A DNA stretch of 6,945 bases from a plasmid. The notes below the pieces were generated by a model. The model was given only the letters and a program-made list of their open reading frames with translations. It was not told the DNA's origin and did no database searches. Location of the stretch: the sequence record NZ_CP084015.1; one strand, written 5' to 3'. Positions 1-4,757 of the stretch are shown one piece after another (position 1 is the first letter of the stretch; the number at the start of each line of letters is the position of its first letter). The position numbers were made by a program, and so were the translations under genes.

Positions 1-72
1 ACCAAAGAATAGCACCAAACTGATAAACCAACCTTAGATATCTATTTAATTGACAAATTAAAGGTGGCAAAG

Positions 73-120
73 TATATGAGGCAGCAACTACCTACCTCAT
101 ATACTTTTGCCTTTTAATTC
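73..120. terminator. Hairpin (TATATGAGG / CCTCATATA, 13-nt loop) followed by a T-rich tract on the plus strand (CTTTTGCCTTTTAATT). The tract is less T-rich on the minus strand. Possible bidirectional terminator closing the minus-strand operon that ends at 160.
   Basis: 9-bp perfect inverted repeat 73-81/95-103, read directly. A U-tract follows on the plus strand. It lies immediately downstream of the 160..360(-) stop. Confidence 0.4.
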
Positions 121-159
121 CCTCATCTGTTCTTTCATCCATTTATTTCACTGACTTTT

Positions 160-360
160 CTATAAAACCCAAGATTGCTGAATATGCTTGTACAATCCAT
201 TCTGATCAAGCAGATCATTCGTTACCTCAATATCGTAAGATGGCTCTTCCTGTTGGAAAAACGTTCCTTGCGCATCCACTATAACAATCGTTCCATTTTT
301 TATTTTTTGTCCATACCGAAATAATACAATATCTCCTTTTTTATACTTCACCTCATCCAT
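160..360 (-). CDS. Hypothetical small protein, 66 aa. Last gene of a three-gene minus-strand operon.
   Basis: Complete ORF with a strong SD (GGAGGAAACGC-ATG; plus-strand cctcc at 368-372). Composition is typical of the neighbouring genes (K/E/I-rich). No family recognised. Confidence 0.6.
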   Translation of the reverse strand: MDEVKYKKGDIVLFRYGQKIKNGTIVIVDAQGTFFQQEEPSYDIEVTNDLLDQNGLYKHIQQSWVL

Positions 361-379
361 GCGTTTCCTCCTTTCTATT

Positions 380-577
380 TCATACTACCTGAACTTCCAC
401 TATTTTGTTTCTATACAGAACTTTCATTTGATTTCCTTTTTTATCTTTTACAATTGCTTCTTCATCTGATACAAAATATACATCTACACTTTCTTCTTCA
501 AAATTTTTGTTAATCTCTTGCATTATTTTGTATTGGCTAACTGTATGCAACCCTTTTATAGTATAACTATTTTTCAT
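380..577 (-). CDS. Hypothetical small protein. Start most likely the ATG at 577 (MKNSYTIKG..., 65 aa) rather than the ORF-track start at 616.
   Basis: AGAAAGGAAA SD lies 6 nt upstream of ATG 577..575. The 616 start has no SD and would overlap the upstream gene's stop. No family recognised. Confidence 0.5.
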   Translation of the reverse strand: MKNSYTIKGLHTVSQYKIMQEINKNFEEESVDVYFVSDEEAIVKDKKGNQMKVLYRNKIVEVQVV

Positions 578-594
578 TATCATTTTCCTTTCTT

Positions 595-999
595 TTATTT
601 CCAAAACTTCCACCATTTCTTATTTGATTCTTCTTGATTTTCTATCAACATTTTTTGCTCTGTTACCATGTGGATCTGTTGTTCCTGATCTAACAGCTTC
701 TGGCATTCCATAAGTCTTTTGCTTAATTCATCTATCTGTTTATTTTTATGCTCTAGCTCATTACGGAGCAGATCAACAATAGCTTGATTCACTACATCAT
801 CTGCTTTCGCTAATTGCGCAACATCTTTCGCATCTTTCGCAACATCAACCTTATAATGCTTATAAATCCTATATTCTATAGTTTCGCTAATTTCGAAACT
901 TCCTTTCGCATCTTTCGCGATATGATTTTTCCTACACCATGCTCTAACAGCTTGTTCAGATACTCCGCATGTCTCAGCAATTTCTCTTGTTGTTTTCAT
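595..999 (-). CDS. HTH DNA-binding protein (excisionase/AlpA/MerR-superfamily HTH_17-like N-terminus: EIAETCGVSEQAVRAWCRKNHIAKDAKGSFEI) with a C-terminal coiled-coil. Putative transcriptional regulator.
   Basis: ATG 999..997 with AAGGAG SD 5 nt upstream. The N-terminal motif GVS-x2-AVRxW-x5-I-x-AxKxGxxxxI matches the HTH_17 pattern. The C-terminus has an E/K/L/Q heptad-like composition. An operator palindrome lies just upstream (1088..1109). Confidence 0.7.
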   Translation of the reverse strand: MKTTREIAETCGVSEQAVRAWCRKNHIAKDAKGSFEISETIEYRIYKHYKVDVAKDAKDVAQLAKADDVVNQAIVDLLRNELEHKNKQIDELSKRLMECQKLLDQEQQIHMVTEQKMLIENQEESNKKWWKFWK

Positions 1000-1087
1000 G
1001 TTTTCTCCTTATACCACTAGTTATAAACCATATATACGAAACTGTCATATTTAAAATCGAGAGTTCTGTTCGTATTTTACTGTATTT

Positions 1088-1109
1088 CTATCAAAATTAA
1101 ATTTGATAG
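1088..1109. promoter_or_regulatory. Operator O1: perfect 22-bp palindrome CTATCAAA-ATTAAA-TTTGATAG in the promoter region of the HTH gene operon.
   Basis: Read directly. The same core (TCAATCAAAATTAAAT) recurs at 2555..2571 and 2601..2617, flanking a promoter. Confidence 0.5.
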
Positions 1110-1196
1110 TGTTTTGCGCTGGTATAATCATACTCTCACAATCACTGCGCTTTCATATACTCTGAAAGAATATATCTATAAGTTTTCCGATTTTTG

Positions 1197-2246
1197 TTAT
1201 GCATTATTTTCAACTAAATACTTCATATATCCAAACCGGCTCTTCACATCTTTTTTGTTCTGCAGAGATTTATATTTTCGTAACAAATAGTGATAGATGT
1301 CCAGATCATGACGTCCTGCATCTGTTGGCTCATACTCTACATGTTCCTCTGCAAGCAGTGCCAGTTCTTCCAACTGTGATCGATTAAATTCATTGCCACA
1401 TGCTTCAGACCATAACGTAAATTTACTTTCAAGAACCGCATTTTGTTCCTGATCTGCAGTCGAATCAGAGTCTGGACAATATTCCGGAAAATCGTATATT
1501 TCCATCTGCCCATGTATTTGCTCTTGTTCTGCAGTACACTTTTTTATTTTAAATTTAATTGCCCGCGTTAAACGCCCTTTGGTTATTTTTTCGTATTCAA
1601 ATTCAATATCTGTAACTTCATTTATGTCTTTCTTACATTTTTGTAGCACTTTATTAAATTCTCGAAAGCTCTCATTATTTTTATTTGTTGCCCCCATTAG
1701 TTCTCTTAAATCTTTAAGCTCTACAGTCCATTCTCTCCTGTATAATTTGTCCTTTAAAAGAGGATATAATTTTAGAGAATATTTTGATTTCAAACGCAAA
1801 GAATAGTCTAATGTATATTCAATATATCCTTTTTCAGCCAATCCAAAAAATGCTTCTTTGAGTTTTGGATTACAGTCGATCGTTATTGTTCTTTTTCCGA
1901 AATCTGGATCACTCACAATAACTCTTGCGTCCGAAAATAAATTTACTTTTATATAATCCCCATTATTATTCAAATCAATTTTTATTCTTGAACCAAGAAG
2001 TTTGTCAAGACTCTTTTCAATTTCGCTGCTTTTCAATTTATTGGGATACTCATATCCAAGTAACCTTAAATATTCATCAATAGTAAAGACTACTTCCGAA
2101 CTTTCTTCTTCTCTTGCATTTATTTTAGCCAAGTATGTATCAATCAATCTCATTTCTCCAAGGTTGTATTCTGAAAACTTTGACCATATTAAAGGTTTCG
2201 ATTTTTCGACTATATAATTTTTAGTTAATGTATTTTTTTTAGACAT
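1197..2246 (-). CDS. rep: Rep_3-family (iteron-type theta) plasmid replication initiator protein, 349 aa.
   Basis: ATG 2246..2244 preceded by AGGAGGTG 4 nt upstream. The N-terminal region (NYIVEKSKPLIWSKFSEYNLGEMRLIDTYLAKI) resembles the conserved Rep_3 N-terminal motif of lactococcal and enterococcal theta replicons. Six 22-bp iterons lie immediately upstream. The ORF-track start at 2294 would lie inside the promoter, so the downstream ATG was chosen. Confidence 0.85.
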   Translation of the reverse strand: MSKKNTLTKNYIVEKSKPLIWSKFSEYNLGEMRLIDTYLAKINAREEESSEVVFTIDEYLRLLGYEYPNKLKSSEIEKSLDKLLGSRIKIDLNNNGDYIKVNLFSDARVIVSDPDFGKRTITIDCNPKLKEAFFGLAEKGYIEYTLDYSLRLKSKYSLKLYPLLKDKLYRREWTVELKDLRELMGATNKNNESFREFNKVLQKCKKDINEVTDIEFEYEKITKGRLTRAIKFKIKKCTAEQEQIHGQMEIYDFPEYCPDSDSTADQEQNAVLESKFTLWSEACGNEFNRSQLEELALLAEEHVEYEPTDAGRHDLDIYHYLLRKYKSLQNKKDVKSRFGYMKYLVENNA

Positions 2247-2265
2247 GAGCCACCTCCTATTCCCT

Positions 2266-2294
2266 ATTATAATATAATAGTGGTATATTGTCAA
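2266..2294 (-). promoter_or_regulatory. rep promoter: -35 TTGACA (2294..2289), 17-nt spacer, -10 TATAAT (2271..2266). An inverted iteron half-site GTGGTAT (2280..2286) sits in the spacer.
   Basis: Consensus hexamers read on the minus strand. The half-iteron inside the spacer fits the classic Rep autorepression arrangement. Confidence 0.6.
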
Positions 2295-2301
2295 TCTTTA
2301 T

Positions 2302-2435
2302 ATACCACTATATGCCGCAAAAAATACCACTATATACCGCAAAAAATACCACCGTTATACCGCAAAAAATACCACTATATACCGCAAAAAATACCACTAT
2401 ATGCCGCAAAAAATACCACCATTATACCGCAAAAA
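2302..2435. repeat. Six tandem direct repeats (iterons) of 22/23 bp: ATACCACTATAT(G/A)CCGCAAAAA at 2302, 2324, 2369 and 2391, and 23-bp variants ATACCACC(G/A)TTATACCGCAAAAA at 2346 and 2413. Putative Rep binding sites of the replication origin.
   Basis: Counted directly. The repeats are contiguous and head-to-tail with no unique spacers, so this is not a CRISPR array. They sit immediately upstream of rep. Confidence 0.85.
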
Positions 2436-2466
2436 CGTTGATTTTACGCTGTTTATTAACTCCGTA

Positions 2467-2515
2467 AACAAGTAATTAAACAAGTAATTAAATAAAATAT
2501 TAAACAAGCTAACTA
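2467..2515. repeat. AT-rich tandem 12-mer AACAAGTAATTA x2 (2467..2490) plus a degenerate third copy AAACAAGCTAACTA (2502..2515). Candidate DNA unwinding element of the origin.
   Basis: Read directly. AT-rich repeats adjacent to iterons are typical of theta origins. Confidence 0.4.
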
Positions 2516-2541
2516 ACACGCGCGTACGCGCAAGGTTAGTT
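2511..2541. other. 31-bp interrupted palindrome AACTAAC-ac-GCGCGTACGCGC-aag-GTTAGTT. The core is a perfect 12-bp GC palindrome.
   Basis: Read directly. It is the only GC-rich block in an AT-rich origin region. Function unknown; could be a protein-binding site or cruciform. Confidence 0.4.
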
Positions 2542-2554
2542 GGCTTGCTAGTTT

Positions 2555-2624
2555 TTTCAATCAAAATTAAATTTGACCGTAGCGGTGAATTATGCTATAA
2601 TTCAATCAAAATTAAATGTGAAAG
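2555..2624 (+). promoter_or_regulatory. Promoter of the 2636 gene: -35 TTGACC (2573..2578), 17-nt spacer, extended -10 TGCTATAAT (2593..2601). It is flanked by two operator copies: O2 (2558..2579) overlapping the -35 and O3 (2603..2624) at the transcription start.
   Basis: Hexamers and spacing read directly. A 17-bp direct repeat TTCAATCAAAATTAAAT occurs at 2555..2571 and 2601..2617. It shares its core with O1 at 1088..1109. Confidence 0.6.
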
Positions 2625-2635
2625 TAGTGAATAGC

Positions 2636-3133
2636 ATGAACGAAAAATCAATGCAAAAGATAAAAGAATATGCAAAAGAGCGTAAGGATCTATATCTGCA
2701 GTATAGTGTTTCGGAAAAAAATATTCCGGAAAGTATCAAAAAACAGAACAAAGAAAATCTGAAACTGATGCAAGATGCACTGGCAACATTAGGCGTTCGA
2801 TTGAATATCAAAGATGGAGAGATCTCGCTTCTGATGCACACATCAAATTTTGTAGATCGTAAAACAAGGAGAGCTGGCCGGAAAAGAACATATGCGTTAA
2901 AGGAGCAAGAACAAGGAAACTACACAGCAGATGCATACCGGTTTTCAGATGTGATATTGCTGATTGAAGAAAAAGGGGATAAGGAGACGCAAATCATTCT
3001 TGGAATGAGTGAATCGACTTATTTCCGGCATAAAAAGAAAATGAAAGCCAGTGAATACTACAGTTTGTTAGACCCACAAAAAATGACGGATCGGATGTAT
3101 CTGGAATCCGTAAAAGGCAACAACTACTTTTAG
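2636..3133 (+). CDS. Putative DNA-binding protein, 165 aa, with a Hin/resolvase-like C-terminal HTH (GRKRTYALKEQEQ ... GMSESTYFRHKKK) but no serine-recombinase catalytic domain.
   Basis: ATG at 2636 lies downstream of the predicted TSS. The ORF-track TTG at 2573 is the -35 element itself. The C-terminal resemblance to Hin (GRPRAINKHEQEQ ... STLYRYF) is from memory, not a search. Confidence 0.6.
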   Translation: MNEKSMQKIKEYAKERKDLYLQYSVSEKNIPESIKKQNKENLKLMQDALATLGVRLNIKDGEISLLMHTSNFVDRKTRRAGRKRTYALKEQEQGNYTADAYRFSDVILLIEEKGDKETQIILGMSESTYFRHKKKMKASEYYSLLDPQKMTDRMYLESVKGNNYF

Positions 3134-3161
3134 ACTTTCAATTTTAATTTCGGTAGTACTA

Positions 3162-3190
3162 TTGACGACAGAAATAAGCTATTGTAAAAT
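3162..3190 (+). promoter_or_regulatory. Promoter P1: -35 TTGACG (3162..3167), 17-nt spacer, -10 TAAAAT (3185..3190).
   Basis: Read directly. No protein-coding ORF follows. A terminator lies about 60-120 nt downstream. Confidence 0.45.
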
Positions 3191-3196
3191 AACTGC

Positions 3197-3311
3197 AGAA
3201 GTAAGGTGGCCTCGTCGCAATTGGAGCGGCGCTAGCGCAAACTTTTAGGACAGGAATAAGATAACCCACAGCAATTGGAGCGGTGCAAGTGTCAATTCCT
3301 GTCCGTTTTTT
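3197..3311 (+). ncRNA. Candidate small RNA (about 115 nt) from P1 to a strong intrinsic terminator. Contains two copies of GCAATTGGAGCGG (3217..3229 and 3271..3283) and a GCGCTAGCGC palindrome.
   Basis: Promoter and terminator bracket a region with no plausible ORF (only a 9-codon GTG frame and stops). The internal direct repeats were read directly. Confidence 0.35.
3248..3311 (+). terminator. Intrinsic terminator: stem GGACAGGAAT (3248..3257) / ATTCCTGTCC (3295..3304) with a 37-nt loop, followed by G-TTTTTT-ATT.
   Basis: 10-bp perfect stem and T-tract read directly. It may also terminate the 2636..3133 gene. Confidence 0.6.
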
Positions 3312-3376
3312 ATTATCTGACAATTACAGACTGCAGAACGAAAATTGTGTTTGAAAAAGAGACAATTAGGGGATAC

Positions 3377-3405
3377 TTGAAAAGCTTATGGTCATATGCT
3401 ATAAT
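3377..3405 (+). promoter_or_regulatory. Promoter P2 (antitoxin RNA): -35 TTGAAA (3377..3382), 17-nt spacer, extended -10 TGCTATAAT (3397..3405). The palindrome TGCCTATAGGCA (3405..3416) sits at the start site.
   Basis: Read directly. Confidence 0.6.
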
Positions 3406-3411
3406 GCCTAT

Positions 3412-3484
3412 AGGCAAAACGATAGAAAGTGCTCATATGGCACAACAAAACCCCCACGAGTTCGCACCTCGTGGGGGTTTTTAT
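3412..3484 (+). ncRNA. Candidate type I antitoxin small RNA (about 70 nt). It carries AAACGATAGAAA (3417..3428) and CATATGGCACA (3434..3444), which are perfectly complementary to the toxin mRNA translation-initiation region. Ends in the shared bidirectional terminator.
   Basis: Strong promoter, no credible ORF (a frame from ATG 3437 runs through the terminator), and a perfect terminator. The two blocks repeat in the same orientation at 3589..3600 and 3607..3617, the antisense of the toxin RBS/start region. Confidence 0.55.
3447..3482. terminator. Bidirectional intrinsic terminator: AAAA-CCCCCACGAG (3451..3460) - 7-nt loop - CTCGTGGGGG (3468..3477) - TTTTT. Shared by the convergent antitoxin RNA (plus) and toxin mRNA (minus).
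   Basis: 10-bp GC-rich perfect stem with an A-tract on the 5' side and a T-tract on the 3' side, read directly. Confidence 0.75.
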
Positions 3485-3519
3485 GCCGTTTTGGGTGGGT
3501 GGCTTAAACCCCAAGGTTG

Positions 3520-3609
3520 CTACCAGTCATTCTTGTCCAACCATTTGCAGATGTAGTAGGCAACTACACTCGCCAGGACAGAAAGTATAAACGATAGAAA
3601 TTCACTCAT
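3520..3609 (-). CDS. Candidate type I toxin, Fst/Ldr-like in architecture: 29-aa peptide MSEFLSFILSVLASVVAYYICKWLDKNDW, with a single transmembrane helix and a short charged C-terminal tail.
   Basis: ATG 3609..3607 with SD GGGGG 8 nt upstream; TAG stop at 3522..3520. It is below the ORF-track size cutoff. The SD is sequestered by an upstream anti-SD (CACCCC) in a 6-bp hairpin (plus coordinates 3616..3644). Convergent small RNA and shared terminator as in par of pAD1. Confidence 0.55.
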   Translation of the reverse strand: MSEFLSFILSVLASVVAYYICKWLDKNDW

Positions 3610-3655
3610 ATGGCACACCCCCTTTCTCTACCTGTCTAGGGGTGGTAGCTTATCC

Positions 3656-3685
3656 AGTATAGCATATGACATTTAATACTGTCAA
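3656..3685 (-). promoter_or_regulatory. Toxin promoter: -35 TTGACA (3685..3680), 18-nt spacer, extended -10 TGCTATACT (3664..3656).
   Basis: Read directly on the minus strand. The -10 region GTCATATGCTATACT is an inverted copy of the antitoxin promoter's GTCATATGCTATAAT (3391..3405). Confidence 0.5.
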
Positions 3686-3704
3686 TTTTAAAACTGACAG
3701 TATT
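3675..3704. promoter_or_regulatory. Perfect 10-bp inverted repeat AATACTGTCA-N10-TGACAGTATT overlapping the toxin -35 element. Possible operator, or an insulator hairpin after the upstream gene.
   Basis: Read directly. No U-tract on either strand, so it is not a canonical terminator. Confidence 0.35.
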
Positions 3705-3740
3705 AGAGGAGAAATCAACAAAATACGTATGTTTGTGTGT

Positions 3741-4757
3741 TTATCGAAACCTGTACCAATTTCGTTTTAGATATGCTCTGATTCCAAGATAAAGTGTATG
3801 AATCAGGAACAACAGCACAACCAGATTGATGGGAATAAAATTCCGTATGAAATCTCCAAACCATATCAGGCATGCCAGGCTTAGCAACCAGACAGAAAGA
3901 CTGATTGTGTCAGCGTACTGGTTCGCATAATGCTTACAACCTTTTATAGCACAAATTGCAAGTAAAGAAATACTTCCGACACCAAGCAGTAAAATCATCA
4001 GTATCCAGAGAAGACAGTGAATAACCATAGATGCAACAGGATGTGGAACCATATCACCCAATTGTGACGCCCAATTTGCCGCTTTAAATAGATTTTCCGT
4101 GCAAAGGCATATAAAAGTCCATGTAGAGTCGAAAAACGCCTTAAAATCGCGAATAAAGGCGTCAGAGTAAAATGCAGTAAATAAAGTGACTATAATTCCG
4201 TATAGTAATGACACCACAAAAAATGTCTGATGTGAGAGTGTACGTGCTTGATATTCCTGTTTCAGCTGTTTTTCCAGTATTTCAGATCTCAATCTTGCCT
4301 GTTCATACACCTGTTCGTTCAAAGAACGTCTATAGGCCTCTGTTTCCTTTCTTTCTTGTTCTGCTTTTTCCTGTGCGGTCTGCAACTGCCTTTCCCTGTT
4401 GGAATACTCTGACCTAACGGCTTCTACCTCGGCTAGGGCGTTTTGGATGTTCTTTTGCAATAGAGTGTTTTGTTTCTCTAATTCCTGATTTTGTTGAAAT
4501 ATCACATCGCTGTTGTTCAGCTTCTCGATCTGATCTGCCTGTTCGGCTATTTTCTTCTTTTGCTGTTGCACGATCAATTCCAGCTCTTGCTTCTCGGATG
4601 ATGTCCTGGACTGCAGATTCTTCAGTTCCAGGTAAAGACTCTCCGCCTTGTCCAATGCTTCGGAGAGCTGCAAGTCTTTTTTCGATAGCTGCATCTGCAT
4701 CTCTTCGAGTTGGCTCATCAACTGCTCTTGTAGCTCTAAGTCGTTGTAATCGCTCAT
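3741..4757 (-). CDS. Coiled-coil (about 170 aa, E/K/L/Q-rich) plus C-terminal polytopic membrane domain (4-5 predicted TM helices). Either the C-terminal two-thirds of the relaxase, separated by a +1 frameshift, or an independent mobB-like overlapping gene.
   Basis: 338-aa ORF with composition matching the genome. ATG 4757..4755 has SD GGGGG 6 nt upstream. The coiled-coil continues seamlessly from the relaxase-frame coiled-coil across the junction. Hydrophobic segments in the C-terminal 150 aa. Confidence 0.6.
   Translation of the reverse strand: MSDYNDLELQEQLMSQLEEMQMQLSKKDLQLSEALDKAESLYLELKNLQSRTSSEKQELELIVQQQKKKIAEQADQIEKLNNSDVIFQQNQELEKQNTLLQKNIQNALAEVEAVRSEYSNRERQLQTAQEKAEQERKETEAYRRSLNEQVYEQARLRSEILEKQLKQEYQARTLSHQTFFVVSLLYGIIVTLFTAFYSDAFIRDFKAFFDSTWTFICLCTENLFKAANWASQLGDMVPHPVASMVIHCLLWILMILLLGVGSISLLAICAIKGCKHYANQYADTISLSVWLLSLACLIWFGDFIRNFIPINLVVLLFLIHTLYLGIRAYLKRNWYRFR

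Noticed and set aside
50-78. TTGACA (50..55) + 17 nt + TATATG promoter-like sequence
   Set aside because: The -10 lacks the conserved final T. Transcription would start inside the adjacent terminator hairpin. Probably fortuitous.
814-1020. 68-aa plus-strand ORF
   Set aside because: Entirely antisense to the well-supported HTH gene. Low-complexity F/S/N/I-rich translation and no RBS. Shadow ORF.
1199-1387. 62-aa plus-strand ORF overlapping the rep 3' end
   Set aside because: Antisense to rep with no SD. If the 1120..1128 promoter is real, a non-coding antisense RNA is more plausible than this peptide.
1579-2217. Plus-strand ORFs 1579..1806 and 2002..2217
   Set aside because: Both lie inside rep on the opposite strand, with serine/leucine/phenylalanine-rich junk composition. 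Shadow ORFs.
2247-2294. N-terminal 16-codon extension of rep (ORF-track start at 2294, MTIYHYYIIIGNRRWL)
   Set aside because: It would overlap the consensus -35/-10 of the rep promoter, and a strong SD precedes the internal ATG at 2246. I chose the downstream start.
2302-2435. Possibility that the 22-bp repeat array is a CRISPR array
   Set aside because: The repeats are contiguous with no unique spacers, there are no cas genes, and they sit immediately upstream of a Rep_3 gene. They are iterons.
2573-2635. TTG start at 2573 for the 2636 gene (186-aa version)
   Set aside because: The TTG is the -35 hexamer of the gene's own promoter, so the 5' 21 codons would be upstream of the transcription start.
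2602-2841. 79-aa minus-strand ORF
   Set aside because: Antisense to the 2636..3133 gene, with no RBS and F/S/C-rich composition.
3275-3556. 93-aa plus-strand ORF (TTG start) spanning the small-RNA and terminator region
   Set aside because: It begins inside one terminator loop and runs through two strong intrinsic terminators. It has no SD. The composition is that of translated structured RNA. The region is better explained by the TA locus.
3610-3740. Search for a DnaA box or second small toxin ORF in the TA flank (e.g. 13-codon ATG frame at 3727)
   Set aside because: The nearest SD-like sequence (GAGGAG) is 16 nt from that ATG and the peptide (MFVCLSKPVPISF) has no toxin-like features. No TTATCCACA-type box was found.
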